In this document: one piece after another, positions 29,639-39,665 of the stretch | Position numbering within the stretch: the stretch's first letter is position 1 | Layout of the letters: every line of letters starts with the position of its first letter | Assembly (NCBI GenBank): GCA_963798845.1 | Contig: CAWCUS010000001.1 | Location: forward strand, 128,001 to 192,000 | DNA length: 64,000 bases | Origin: an uncultured Gemmatimonadales bacterium | Lineage (GTDB): Bacteria; Gemmatimonadota; Gemmatimonadetes; Longimicrobiales; RSA9 | Direction: 5' to 3' | Position numbers and translations under genes: made by a program | Notes under the pieces: model-generated | Databases searched by the model: none | Told to the model about the DNA's origin: nothing | Seen by the model: the letters and a program-made list of their open reading frames with translations, nothing else

Positions 29639-31092
29639 GATCCCCCCTGCGCCAGCGCGCGCTCGAGGGCGCCCGCCACCCGAACCATCACCGCCTCGCC
29701 CCAGCGCGGCGCGAGCACCTGCCCGCCGACGGGCAGCCCGTCGGCCCGGCCGATCGGCACCGAGATCCCGGGGATCATGGCCAGGTTGGCCGTGACCGTG
29801 AACACGTCCGACAGGTACATGGCGTACGGGTCCGCCGCCCGCTCGCCCAGCCGGAACGCCGTGGTGGGCGTGGTCGGCGTGAAGAGGACGTCGGCGCCGG
29901 ACGCGAAGGCCGCTTCGAAATCGGCGGCAATGCGCCGACGGACGCGCTGAGCCCGGGCGTAGTAGCGGTCGTGGTAACCGGCGGAAAGCACGAATGTACC
30001 GAGCATGATCCGTCGCTTCACTTCCGGGCCGAACCCCGCCTGCCTGCTGGCGCGGTACACCTCCGCCGCGGATGCCCCGGGGGCGCGCACGCCGTAACGC
30101 ACCCCGTCGAACCGCGCCAGGTTGCTGGATGCCTCCGCGGGCGCGAGGACGTAGTAGGTGGGTATGGCGTAGCGCGTGTGCGGCATCGAGATCCGGCGGA
30201 TCACCGCGCCGGCTTCCGCGAGCGCCTCCAGCGCTTCACCGCAGCGGGCGCGCACGCCCGCGTCGAGCTCTTCCGGGAAATACTCTTCCGGTACCCCCAC
30301 CACGAGCCCGTCCACGCCACGGTCCGTGTCGCCCAGCAGGTCGGGGGGCGGGCGGTCCGCGCACGTCGCATCCAGAGCGTCGCGTCCGGCTACCACTTCC
30401 AGCAGCAGGGCCGCATCCTGCACCGTGCGGCCGAACGTCCCCACCTGGTCCATGGACGAGGCGAACGCCACCAGCCCGTATCGGCTCACGCGGCCGTAGC
30501 TCGGCTTGATCCCCACCACGCCGCAGAACGCCGCGGGCTGCCGGACAGAGCCGCCGGTTTCCGACCCCAGCGCGAGGGGGACCAGACCCGCCGCCACGGC
30601 CGCGGCCGATCCACCCGACGAGCCGCCGGGGACCCGATCGGGGTCGTGCGGATTCAGCGTGGGACCGAACGCGGAGCGCTCGGTGGAGGAGCCCATCGCG
30701 AACTCGTCCAGGTTCGTCTTTCCCGCGATGAGGGCTCCCGCGGCGCGCAGCCGACGCACCACGGTGGCGTCGTAGGGTGAGCGGAAGCCTTCCAGGATGC
30801 GGGACCCGCAGGTGGTGGGATGGTCGAGGGTGACCAGGTTGTCCTTCACCGCGACCGGAACGCCCGCCAGACGCGGCGCGCTCCGCCCCTCCTCACGGGC
30901 GCGCGCGAGATCGGCGTCCAGCGCCGCCGCCGCCGCCTTCAGCCGCCGCGCGTCGTGGCTGAGGAAGGCGTGCAGCGGCCGGTCTCCGGCGTCGGAGCTG
31001 TCGATGCCGGACGACACTGCCGCCGCGACTTCCACCGGCGACGTCTCGCCCGCGGCCACGGCCGCAGACAGTGCGACCGCACCCTGCTCCAA
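29635..31092 (-). CDS. gatA: Asp/Glu-tRNA amidotransferase subunit A
   Basis: VAVKDN, PGGSSGGSAA, GSETGGSVRQPA, SSNLARFDGVRYG; TTG start approximate. Confidence 0.97.
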   Translation of the reverse strand: MEQGAVALSAAVAAGETSPVEVAAAVSSGIDSSDAGDRPLHAFLSHDARRLKAAAAALDADLARAREEGRSAPRLAGVPVAVKDNLVTLDHPTTCGSRILEGFRSPYDATVVRRLRAAGALIAGKTNLDEFAMGSSTERSAFGPTLNPHDPDRVPGGSSGGSAAAVAAGLVPLALGSETGGSVRQPAAFCGVVGIKPSYGRVSRYGLVAFASSMDQVGTFGRTVQDAALLLEVVAGRDALDATCADRPPPDLLGDTDRGVDGLVVGVPEEYFPEELDAGVRARCGEALEALAEAGAVIRRISMPHTRYAIPTYYVLAPAEASSNLARFDGVRYGVRAPGASAAEVYRASRQAGFGPEVKRRIMLGTFVLSAGYHDRYYARAQRVRRRIAADFEAAFASGADVLFTPTTPTTAFRLGERAADPYAMYLSDVFTVTANLAMIPGISVPIGRADGLPVGGQVLAPRWGEAVMVRVAGALERALAQGGS

Positions 31093-31100
31093 GAGCCCGG

Positions 31101-31436
31101 CTACGGCGCCACCTCCTCGTCGTCCCCCGGCTCCGCACGATGGGACGCGAGCCGCGGAACCGTGAAGAAGCCGCCCTCCCACGACGGGGCGTTCCCTTCC
31201 GGTCCGAACGCCAGCGGGTCCGGCCCCGGGACATCCGGGCGGAGCGGCGCCTCGCCGTCCCCGCCCGCCGTGGCGGCGTTTTCCGGGGCATCGTCCCCGC
31301 GCTCCGCTTCGGCCAGTGCTTCCATGTGCTGCAGGATTCCGTTCAGGTCGACCGTCATCCGCTCGGCTTCGGAGGCGTCGAGGCGGAGCCGCGCCAGCTC
31401 GGCCACGTGGCGGACTTCCTCCGGCGTCACACCCAT
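31101..31436 (-). CDS. gatC: Asp/Glu-tRNA amidotransferase subunit C
   Basis: EVRHVAELARL, LRPD, FFTVPR. Confidence 0.92.
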   Translation of the reverse strand: MGVTPEEVRHVAELARLRLDASEAERMTVDLNGILQHMEALAEAERGDDAPENAATAGGDGEAPLRPDVPGPDPLAFGPEGNAPSWEGGFFTVPRLASHRAEPGDDEEVAP

Positions 31437-31437
31437 T

Positions 31438-33732
31438 TCAGAGCTCCTTCTGGAGGTTGGCGTAGCGCACCACCACCTTCTTTCGCCCCACCCCATCGAA
31501 CTCGATCACCGCCTTCAGATCGCGCCCGAAGCCCGACAGCTCGCGGATGGTTCCGCGGCCGAACTGCGGGTGGCGAACCACTTCGCCCTTGATGAAGCGA
31601 GGCGCGTCCTGGCTTTCGCTGTAGTCAATGACGTAGCCGCCATCATCACCGAAGCTCTTCGCTTCCTCCTCGCGACCCCAGCGGCGGCTGCGACTCCCGA
31701 ATCCGGCCGAGCGCCGGCTCTGCCAGCTCTCGAAGGCGCGAGCCTGCCGCTCCACCTGGGGCGTCTCTCGATGCCGCACCAGCCCTTCCGGCAGCGGCTC
31801 GAGGAAGCTGGAAGCGACACACACCTTCATCTCCCCCATGCGCCGTCGCATTCGGGCGTGCGTCAGGCACACGGCCCGCTTCGCCCGGGTGATCCCCACA
31901 TAGAAGAGGCGTCGCTCCTCCTCGAGCTCCGCCGGCTCGTCGTACGCGCGGGCCAGCGGGAAGAGACCGTCCTCCAGACCGCTGATGAAGACCATGGGGA
32001 ACTCGAGTCCCTTGGCCGTGTGCAGTGTCATGAGGGTCACCGCGTTCGCTGCCGGGTCGTGCCGGTCCACGTCGGTGATCAGCGAGACCTCCTGTAGGAA
32101 GAGGTCGAGCGCTGTGGCGTTCTCCGGGAGATCGTCCAGCTCGCGGAGCGACAGCAGCCGGTCGTCGAACTCGTACGCGCCGGCGATCAGCTCCCGCACA
32201 TTCTCCGCCCGGTCCTCCCCTTCCGGCCCCTCCTCGGCCAGCGCCCCGAAGATCCCCGTATCGGCCACGATGTGCTCCACGAGCACGCCCGCTCCCTGCG
32301 ACGAGGCCCGCTCGCGGAACTCGTCGATGGCCGCCGCGAACCGCTCAAGCGACGCCGCGGCGGCGGGTGTGAGCGATGCGATCGTGGAGGCCGACCGCGC
32401 CGCGTCGAGCTGCGACACGCCCGCCCCCGCGGCCCACTCCCGCAGCCGCTCCTGATTCACCGTCCCGACGCCCCGCTTCGGATAGTTGACGCTCCGGTCG
32501 AACGCCTGCGCATCCAGAGGGTTTGAGACCAGCCGCAGGTAAGCGAGCACGTCCATGATCTCCCGCCGCTCGTAGAAGCGCGTGCCGCCCACGATCCGGT
32601 AAGGAACGCTCCGCTCCACCAGCGCACGTTCCAGCTCCCTGGACTGAGCGTTCGTCCGGTAAAGCAGCACGAAGTCGCGTGGCGAAAGGTCGCCGTGTTC
32701 CGCCATCCTCGCCTCGATCTCCGACGCGATCCAGTCCGCCTCGTCGCGCTCGTCGACCGCCTCCAGGAGCGTCAGCCGCTCCCCGGCATCAGCCTCCGTG
32801 CGCAGCGTCTTGCCCTTCCGCCGCACGTTCTCGGCGATGACCGCGTTGGCGGCGTCGAGGATCCGCTGGGTCGAGCGGTAGTTGCGCTCCAGCCGGATCA
32901 CGCGCGTCCCCGGGAACTGGGCCTCGAAGTCGAGAATGTTGCTCACGTCCGCGCCCCGCCACCCGTAGATCGACTGGTCGTCGTCGCCGACCACCATGAG
33001 GTTCGTGGGCTCGGCCTCGCGCCGCGCGAGCAGCTCCACCAGGACGTATTGGGCGTGGTTCGTGTCCTGGTACTCGTCCACCAGGACGAAATGGAAGCGG
33101 TCGCGGTACTGCGCCAGCAGCCCCGTACCCCCCCGGAGCAGCTCCACCGGCTTCACCAGCAGGTCGTCGAAGTCGAACGCGTTCTGCTCCTTCAACGCCG
33201 CCTGGTACGCCGGGTAGACGTCGGCGACCGTGCGCGAAAAGGCGTCTGATGCCAGCGTCGCGAACTCGGCCGGGTCCACCAGCCGGTTCTTGGCATCCGA
33301 CAGCGCCGCGCGAACCGCCTTCGGATGCCATTTCTTCTGCGAGATACCGAGCCGATCCATGGTCCGCCGGATCTCGCTCAGCGACGCGTCGGCATCGTAG
33401 ATGGTGAAATTCGGGGACCAGCCGAGCACGGCGGCGTGGCGCCGCAGGAGGCGGGCGCCCACGGAGTGGAACGTGCCGATCCACATCCCGGCGGGCTCCC
33501 GCCCGAGCAGGTGGCGAACCCGCTCTCTCATCTCGGCGGCCGCCTTGTTCGTGAACGTGACGGCCAGGATGGCGCCCGGATCGACGCCACGCTCCTCGAC
33601 CAGGTGGGCCACACGTGTGGTGAGCACGCGCGTTTTTCCGGATCCCGCACCCGCCAGCACCAGCAGGGGTCCCTCGAAGTGCTCGACCGCCTCGCGCTGC
33701 TCGGGGTTCAGCGAATCGAGCCAGCCGCTCAT
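31438..33732 (-). CDS. pcrA: UvrD/PcrA family ATP-dependent DNA helicase
   Basis: AGAGSGKT, VDEYQD, VGDDDQSIY, NYRS, TLHTAKGLEF, EERRLFYV, C-terminal Tudor-like HPQFG. Confidence 0.95.
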   Translation of the reverse strand: MSGWLDSLNPEQREAVEHFEGPLLVLAGAGSGKTRVLTTRVAHLVEERGVDPGAILAVTFTNKAAAEMRERVRHLLGREPAGMWIGTFHSVGARLLRRHAAVLGWSPNFTIYDADASLSEIRRTMDRLGISQKKWHPKAVRAALSDAKNRLVDPAEFATLASDAFSRTVADVYPAYQAALKEQNAFDFDDLLVKPVELLRGGTGLLAQYRDRFHFVLVDEYQDTNHAQYVLVELLARREAEPTNLMVVGDDDQSIYGWRGADVSNILDFEAQFPGTRVIRLERNYRSTQRILDAANAVIAENVRRKGKTLRTEADAGERLTLLEAVDERDEADWIASEIEARMAEHGDLSPRDFVLLYRTNAQSRELERALVERSVPYRIVGGTRFYERREIMDVLAYLRLVSNPLDAQAFDRSVNYPKRGVGTVNQERLREWAAGAGVSQLDAARSASTIASLTPAAAASLERFAAAIDEFRERASSQGAGVLVEHIVADTGIFGALAEEGPEGEDRAENVRELIAGAYEFDDRLLSLRELDDLPENATALDLFLQEVSLITDVDRHDPAANAVTLMTLHTAKGLEFPMVFISGLEDGLFPLARAYDEPAELEEERRLFYVGITRAKRAVCLTHARMRRRMGEMKVCVASSFLEPLPEGLVRHRETPQVERQARAFESWQSRRSAGFGSRSRRWGREEEAKSFGDDGGYVIDYSESQDAPRFIKGEVVRHPQFGRGTIRELSGFGRDLKAVIEFDGVGRKKVVVRYANLQKEL

Positions 33733-33736
33733 GCCG

Positions 33737-34936
33737 TCAGCTCCGGCGCAGGCGCCGTCGCGTGCCGGCCGCAGGAATTCTGATCTCGAAGCGCGCCCCG
33801 CCACCCCGCCGCTGACCGGCTCTGATCCGCCCGGAATGCACGTCCTCGACGATGCGCCGGGCCAGGGCGAGGCCGACGCCCCACCCCCCGGGCTTCGTGG
33901 TGACCCCCGGCTCGAACAGTCGGTCCCGCACACGCGCGTCCACGCCCGGCCCGTCGTCGGCGACGAGAAAGCGCACGCCATCGTCGCGGCGCGAAACGCT
34001 CAGCCGGATCTTCCCGCCTCTTCCCGCCAGCGCATCCAGCGAGTTCTTCACGCAATTCTCCAGCGCCCATACCAGCAACACACGGTTCGCTTTCACATCC
34101 GGCAGGCCGGGCGAGACGCGCACGCGCAGCTCCACGGCCGGCCGCTCCCGCGGAAGACGCGGGCGCAGGTAGTGCTCCAGTTCCTGCATCACCGCGGCCG
34201 GCCGCACCGCCGAGAGCGCCGGTGGTTTGCCGATCAGCTCGAACCGGCGCGAGACCCGCTCCAGCCGATCCACGTCCGCCCCGACCTCGCGAGCGAGCCG
34301 GCCGTCGCTCACCAGCCTCGAGCGCTCCTCCGCAGGCAGCCGGAGCACCTCGTGCCACCCCTTCAGCGACGTGAGCGGCGTGCCCATCTGGTGCGCCAGC
34401 TCCCGCGCCATCGCGCTCCACATCCGCTCCCGCTCGGTGCGCAGCGCGCCGCGTACCACCACGTACCCCACGAACAGGAGGAGCACCGCCCCGGCCACCT
34501 GGAGCGTCGCGGCCCAGCGCAGCCGATTGATGATCTCGGGGCTGCCAAAGTGGATGGACCCCCGCCCCATCTCCACGATCGGCGCGTTGCGCGCGTCCAA
34601 CGTCTTGACGTACTCGAGCACGCGCGCACGGTCCGAGGGCTCGGCGAGGTCCGCCGCGAACGGAAGGTTCGCCGCCGCGTACGGCAGGCCCTCCGCGTTC
34701 ACGGCCACGATCGGCACGCCGAGGTGCGTCAGCTCGCTCTGGAGGTCCGTCAGCGCCCGCAGCTCGGCCCCGGGGTCGTCGGAAAGCAGCCCCTGCTGGA
34801 CCAGCGCGTACATCCGCTTGTGGACTCCCGCCTCCACGCGGAACTCCCGTACGAGCTGCTCCGTGTAGAGCAGGTAGGACCCCAGCACGGCGATGGCCAG
34901 CAGTGCGAGGCCGACCGGCCAGTGGCGGGCGGTCAT
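33737..34936 (-). CDS. Membrane sensor histidine kinase
   Basis: Two TMs, H-box ELAHQMGTPL, N-box ENCVKNSLDA, DDGPG, GWGVGL. Confidence 0.92.
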   Translation of the reverse strand: MTARHWPVGLALLAIAVLGSYLLYTEQLVREFRVEAGVHKRMYALVQQGLLSDDPGAELRALTDLQSELTHLGVPIVAVNAEGLPYAAANLPFAADLAEPSDRARVLEYVKTLDARNAPIVEMGRGSIHFGSPEIINRLRWAATLQVAGAVLLLFVGYVVVRGALRTERERMWSAMARELAHQMGTPLTSLKGWHEVLRLPAEERSRLVSDGRLAREVGADVDRLERVSRRFELIGKPPALSAVRPAAVMQELEHYLRPRLPRERPAVELRVRVSPGLPDVKANRVLLVWALENCVKNSLDALAGRGGKIRLSVSRRDDGVRFLVADDGPGVDARVRDRLFEPGVTTKPGGWGVGLALARRIVEDVHSGRIRAGQRRGGGARFEIRIPAAGTRRRLRRS

Positions 34937-34951
34937 GGGAACCCCCGTGGA

Positions 34952-36229
34952 TCACGCGATTCGGTCGGTGCCGACGTACTCGACCAGGACCTCGGGTACC
35001 TTCAGGCTGCCATCCGGCTGCTGATACGTCTCGAGCAGCGCCACCATCGTCCGTGCGATCCCCAGCCCGGACCCGTTGAGCGTGTGCACGTATTCGGGCT
35101 TGGCCCCGGGCTCCGGGCGGAAGCGGATGTCCGCTCGGCGCGCCTGGTAGTCCGTGTAGGTGGAGCAGCTGGAAACCTCGAGCCACCGCTCCACCCCGGG
35201 CGACCACGCCTCCAGATCGTACGTCTTCGCGTTCGAAAAGCCGAGGTCCCCGCCCGCCAGAAGCAGCACGCGGTAGCGGAGCCCCAGCGCCCGCAGCACC
35301 GCCTCGGCGTGGCCCGTCAGCTCATCCAGCGCCGCCTCGCTCTGTTCCGGCCGCTCCAGGCGCATCATCTCCACCTTGTCGAACTGGTGGAGCCGGAGCA
35401 GGCCACGCGTGTCCTTCCCCGCCGCGCCCGCCTCCCGCCGGAAGCACGGCGTGTACGCTGCGTATCGGATCGGCAGCTGCTCGGGGCCGAGGATCTCCCC
35501 CGCATGCAGGTTCGTGAGCGGCAGCTCACCGGTCGGGACGAGATACAGGTCGTCCCGCTCCACGTGGTACATGTCCTCGGCGAACTTGGGCAGGTGCCCC
35601 GTCCCGGTGGCGGCCTCCGCGTTCACCAGCAGCGGCGGCCACACCTCGGTATAGCCGTGCTGGCTCGTCTGCAGGTCCACCATGAAGTTGATGAGCGCCC
35701 GCTCGAGCCGCGCGCCCCGGCCCACATAGAGCGGAAATCCGCTCCCCGCGATCTTGGCTCCCCGCGCCAGGTCCAGGAGGCCCAGCGACTCGCCGATTTC
35801 CCAGTGGGCCCGCCGCTCGAACGGCTCCGGCTCCTCGCCCCACTGGCGCAGCACCACGTTTGCCGATTCGTCCCCCGCCGGAACCTCCGGCGCCGGTGTG
35901 TTCGGGATCTCCAGAAGCGCCGCGTGCAGATCGGCGTCCACGGCGCCAAGGCGGGACTCCTGTACGGTGAGCCGATCGCCCAGCTCGCGCATCTCCAGGA
36001 TGACCGCCCGGGCCTCTTCGTCGCGGCGCTCCCGTTTGAGCGTGCCCACGCGCGGCGAAACCTCGTTGCGGCGAGCGCGCATGGCGTCCACGTCCGCCAC
36101 CAGCGCGCGGCGCTCCCCGTCCAGCGCCAGGACGCGGTCCACCGCCGCCGCCAGCGCCGGGCTGCCGCGCACGGCCAGCCGCTCCCGAACCGCCTCCGGC
36201 TCGTCCCGAATTCGCTTGATGTCGAGCAT
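34952..36229 (-). CDS. serS: Serine--tRNA ligase
   Basis: MLDIKRIR, PTGE, FRREAG, HQFDKVE, EVSSCS, HTLNGSG. Confidence 0.98.
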   Translation of the reverse strand: MLDIKRIRDEPEAVRERLAVRGSPALAAAVDRVLALDGERRALVADVDAMRARRNEVSPRVGTLKRERRDEEARAVILEMRELGDRLTVQESRLGAVDADLHAALLEIPNTPAPEVPAGDESANVVLRQWGEEPEPFERRAHWEIGESLGLLDLARGAKIAGSGFPLYVGRGARLERALINFMVDLQTSQHGYTEVWPPLLVNAEAATGTGHLPKFAEDMYHVERDDLYLVPTGELPLTNLHAGEILGPEQLPIRYAAYTPCFRREAGAAGKDTRGLLRLHQFDKVEMMRLERPEQSEAALDELTGHAEAVLRALGLRYRVLLLAGGDLGFSNAKTYDLEAWSPGVERWLEVSSCSTYTDYQARRADIRFRPEPGAKPEYVHTLNGSGLGIARTMVALLETYQQPDGSLKVPEVLVEYVGTDRIA

Positions 36230-36240
36230 CGCGCCGGCGG

Positions 36241-36807
36241 CTAGCCGTCGGAGGGGGTCAGGTCGCGGCGGTTGCAGTAGGTGTTGGCCGCCACCTGCAG
36301 CTCCACCTCACCATTCGCCGAGATGTTCAGCACCTTGAACTTGCCGTAGTGGTTGCAACCGCCCGCATCGCGCCGCGTCTTGATGGCGTAGAGCACGTCG
36401 GTACGCAGCGGGACGGCCGAGTCCGTGATGTACCCGCTCCTCGGCGCCACCACCAGGTCGTCCCATGTGGTCCCGCTGGAGTCGATTGCGATCCCGGGCG
36501 CGATGTCGAAGTTCTGGAACATTCCCGACGGCAGCGCCACGAACTCGCCGTTCAGCTCGCTCACTGCCATGTCGAAGCCCCGCGGGTCCGGCCGGTCCGT
36601 CCCCTCCACCACAACCGTGGTGTAGGAGATGAAGTCGTACGCGGACGGGCGGTCCATCAGCTCCGGTCGGGCGAGAGAGTACAGGGAGACGGTGTCTTCC
36701 GGCACGTACCAGGTCTGCTGGTACGTGTCGCACCCCCCCAGCGGGAGGACGGCGCCGGCACAGATGAGCCCGAAGGCCCCGATCAGCAATTTGCGTTCGT
36801 GCTTCAT
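36241..36807 (-). CDS. Hypothetical lipoprotein
   Basis: Basic N-terminus, hydrophobic stretch, LGG-C lipobox; beta-rich mature region; has its own promoter. Confidence 0.7.
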   Translation of the reverse strand: MKHERKLLIGAFGLICAGAVLPLGGCDTYQQTWYVPEDTVSLYSLARPELMDRPSAYDFISYTTVVVEGTDRPDPRGFDMAVSELNGEFVALPSGMFQNFDIAPGIAIDSSGTTWDDLVVAPRSGYITDSAVPLRTDVLYAIKTRRDAGGCNHYGKFKVLNISANGEVELQVAANTYCNRRDLTPSDG

Positions 36808-36817
36808 AAGCGGGCGA

Positions 36818-36899
36818 AGGGTAAGCCTCGGATCACGTCGATGTCAAGCTGCCACGCGGGTTTTCCGCGCTTGACACGGGGAGGGGTCGCGTCCATGTT
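36818..36899. promoter_or_regulatory. Back-to-back sigma-70-type promoters (lipoprotein-serS operon and response regulator operon)
   Basis: Minus: TTGACA(36847-36842)-N18-TACCCT. Plus: TTGACA(36871-36876)-N17-CATGTT. Confidence 0.62.
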
Positions 36900-36996
36900 T
36901 CCGCCTCCGTACCCGCGGCGGTGCGTGAGGGTCCGGCGCGCTGAGGCACGAATCTCGCACCCCCCTCACGGGCACGTCCACCCTCGACCACCCGCC

Positions 36997-37389
36997 ATGA
37001 CCACCGCGACCGACACCGACCGGAAGACCGTCCTGGTGGCCGACGACGAGCCGTACATCGGCCGGATCATCCAGATGAAGCTGGAGGATGGGCCGTACCG
37101 CGTCGAGCTCGTCCACGATGGAAGGGCGGCCCTGGAGCGACTGCGCAGCGATGACACGTTCGACGTGGTTCTCCTGGACATCATGATGCCGCATGCCAGC
37201 GGCTTCGACGTCCTGGCGGAGCTCCGCACCCTGCCTCACCGCAGCGGCACTCCCGTCATCATGCTCACCGCCAAGGGACAGGACGCGGACCGCGAGCGCG
37301 CGGCGGAGTACGGGGCGACCGATTTCCTGACCAAGCCGTTCAGCCCCAAGAAGCTCCTTGCCCGAATCGACGAACTCTTCGATCACTGA
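36997..37389 (+). CDS. Single-domain response regulator (receiver only)
   Basis: VLVADDE, LLDIMMP, MLTAKG, FLTKPF. Confidence 0.93.
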   Translation: MTTATDTDRKTVLVADDEPYIGRIIQMKLEDGPYRVELVHDGRAALERLRSDDTFDVVLLDIMMPHASGFDVLAELRTLPHRSGTPVIMLTAKGQDADRERAAEYGATDFLTKPFSPKKLLARIDELFDH

Positions 37390-38434
37390 CCGCCTGTGGG
37401 CCGTGGTCCTGGCCGGGGGCGTCGGCTCCCGGTTCTGGCCCGTGTCCACGCCGTCGCGGCCCAAGCAGCTCCTGCCTCTCGGCAGTCCGCGCCCCCTGAT
37501 CCAGGACACGATCCGCCGGATCGAGCCGCTCGTGCCCCTCGATCGCGTCCGAATCCTGGCAGGCGAGGACCTCGTCGACCCGATCCGGGACGCCGTGGAA
37601 GGGATCGAAGACCACCACTTCTTTCTGGAGCCGCAGCCCCGCGGCACCGCCCCCGTGCTCCTCTGGGCGGCACACCGGATCTCGGCCGAGGACCCCGACG
37701 CGATCATGGTCTCGCTCCACGCCGACCACGCGATCCGGCCCGAACCGGCGTTCCGCGAGCGCGTGGCGGCCGCAGCGGTGGCTGCGGACCGGCACGACCG
37801 GCTCTTCACCGTGGGTGTCCTCCCTACCCGGCCCGAGACAGGGTACGGCTACATCCACCCGGGGGAGCCCCTCGATGACCTGGGCGTGTTCGCCGTGGAC
37901 GCCTTCGTGGAGAAGCCCGACGCGGCGACCGCCCGATCCTACCTCGCCGGCGGCGAGCACCTGTGGAACAGCGGCATCTTCATCTGGCGCGTTTCCCGCC
38001 TGCTCGCCGAAGTCCGCGCCGTCGCCCCCGAGCTCGCCGACCTGCTCCCGCTGCTCGACAGCGGTGACGTGGACGAGTTCTTCGCCGTGGCCCCGCGCAT
38101 ATCCGTGGACGAGGCGCTACTCGAGCGTTCCGGTCGCGTGGGCGTCGTCGCGGCCACGTTCGAGTGGGACGACGTGGGCACCTGGGACGCCGTGGCACGC
38201 AGCCGCGACCTGGACGCCGCGGGCAACGCGACCATGGGAGCCAGCCAACTGGTCGACTCCCGCGGCTGCGTGGTCTGGAACGAGACCGGGCAGGATGTGG
38301 TGGTGTTCGGGGCACGCGACATGGTGGTGGTGAATGTGGAGGGCGTCACTCTCGTGCTACCCCGCGAGCGCGCGTCCGACCTGAAGCAGCTGCTCGAGGC
38401 GCTCCCCGACGACGTCCGCGAGTCCCGACCATGA
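37358..38434 (+). CDS. manC: Mannose-1-phosphate guanylyltransferase (no cupin isomerase domain)
   Basis: LAGGVGSRFWPVS, PKQ, PETGYGYI, FVEKP, WNSG, WDDVGTW; start approximate. Confidence 0.9.
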   Translation: MPESTNSSITDRLWAVVLAGGVGSRFWPVSTPSRPKQLLPLGSPRPLIQDTIRRIEPLVPLDRVRILAGEDLVDPIRDAVEGIEDHHFFLEPQPRGTAPVLLWAAHRISAEDPDAIMVSLHADHAIRPEPAFRERVAAAAVAADRHDRLFTVGVLPTRPETGYGYIHPGEPLDDLGVFAVDAFVEKPDAATARSYLAGGEHLWNSGIFIWRVSRLLAEVRAVAPELADLLPLLDSGDVDEFFAVAPRISVDEALLERSGRVGVVAATFEWDDVGTWDAVARSRDLDAAGNATMGASQLVDSRGCVVWNETGQDVVVFGARDMVVVNVEGVTLVLPRERASDLKQLLEALPDDVRESRP

Positions 38435-39618
38435 GCAGTCCACCGCTCATCCTCTTCGACGACGGAACCGCCCGCGACTGGCGCCCGTTCACCCTCACTC
38501 GTCCCGCCGGCGAGCTCCTCCACGGCACACTGACGCTGCGGGGCCGGGCGGAGCGCGCCCTGGGCTCGACGTGCGCCGGGCATGTCGCGGCGCCGCACCT
38601 GGCGGCCTACGACGAGCCGTGGGCGCCCCCGGTTCTGGCCGCCAATGCGGTAGGCACCGGCAATGGGGTGGTGCTGCTGAGCGCACGGCTCGTCCTCGAG
38701 CCGACCCGGCTGCCGGATGCGCCCGCGCTCCTGACCGCCGGCGGACGGGTGGCCGGCGTCCGCCTCGCTCCCGGTGCGAAGCTGCCCGGACCGTCATTCT
38801 TCGAGGCACCGGACGCCGCGCCGCCGGACCTGCCTCGCCACGAGATCCCCGGCCGCTGGCTCACCGCCCCGTGGCAGCTCATGGCCGACAACCCCGAGCG
38901 CGTCGCCCGCGACCTTGCCGACGCACCGCCTTCCGAGCTCCCCCGCCACACCCATCGGATCGGCGACGGAGTGGTCTCGCTGGGGCCGAACGTCGAGCTG
39001 GCGCCCGGCGTCGTCTTCGACACCCGCGAGGGCCCGATCCGACTGGAAGGCGACGTCACCGTCGCGCCGTTCACCCTGGTGACGGGGCCGGCGTGGGTGG
39101 GCCGGGGATCCTCCCTGCTGGGGGGTCGTTTCGAGCACGTGGCGATCGGCCCTGTGTGCCGGGTGCACGGCGAGCTCGAGGCCTCCGTGATCCTTGGGTA
39201 TTCCAACAAGGCGCACGACGGCTTCATCGGCCACTCGATCCTCGGCATGTGGGTGAACCTCGGCGCGCTCACCACCAACAGCGACCTGAAGAACAATTAC
39301 GGCTCCGTGCGCGTCTGGACTCCCGCTGGGGAGGCCGACACCGGCGAGCGCAAGGTCGGCTGTCTCCTCGGCGATCACGTGAAGACCGCCATCGGCACCA
39401 TGCTGAACACCGGGACCGTGATCGAGACGGGCTCCAACGTCTTCGGTGGGATGCCCCCGAAATACCTTCCGCCCTTCAGCTGGGGCGACGCCGACACCCG
39501 CTACGATGTCGACCGCTTCCTGGACACCGCCGCCACGGTCATGGCCCGGCGGGACGTCGTGCTCGGCGACGGACAGCGCGCGCTCCTGCGCGCCGCCTGG
39601 CGCTCCACGCGCGGCTGA
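38431..39618 (+). CDS. GlmU-like putative sugar nucleotidyltransferase / hexapeptide-repeat acyltransferase
   Basis: PFTLTRP N-terminus, left-handed beta-helix repeats, NKAHDGFIGHS, WVNLGALTTNSDLKNNY. Confidence 0.82.
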   Translation: MSSPPLILFDDGTARDWRPFTLTRPAGELLHGTLTLRGRAERALGSTCAGHVAAPHLAAYDEPWAPPVLAANAVGTGNGVVLLSARLVLEPTRLPDAPALLTAGGRVAGVRLAPGAKLPGPSFFEAPDAAPPDLPRHEIPGRWLTAPWQLMADNPERVARDLADAPPSELPRHTHRIGDGVVSLGPNVELAPGVVFDTREGPIRLEGDVTVAPFTLVTGPAWVGRGSSLLGGRFEHVAIGPVCRVHGELEASVILGYSNKAHDGFIGHSILGMWVNLGALTTNSDLKNNYGSVRVWTPAGEADTGERKVGCLLGDHVKTAIGTMLNTGTVIETGSNVFGGMPPKYLPPFSWGDADTRYDVDRFLDTAATVMARRDVVLGDGQRALLRAAWRSTRG

Positions 39619-39630
39619 CCGCGGACGCCG

Positions 39631-39659
39631 TTGACACACCCGCGGCCACGGCGGACCTT
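39631..39659 (+). promoter_or_regulatory. Sigma-70-type promoter, probably giving a leaderless mRNA
   Basis: TTGACA-N17-GACCTT-N6-ATG with no SD. Confidence 0.6.
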
Positions 39660-39665
39660 TGCTCC

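Noticed and set aside
33401..36244. 947-aa plus-strand ORF
   Set aside because: Antisense to the histidine kinase and serS; Arg/His/Pro-rich shadow frame.
36900..36996. Possible SRP (4.5S) RNA or tRNA
   Set aside because: Contains GGTCCGG but lacks the GGAAG/AGCAG SRP domain IV motif and any cloverleaf.
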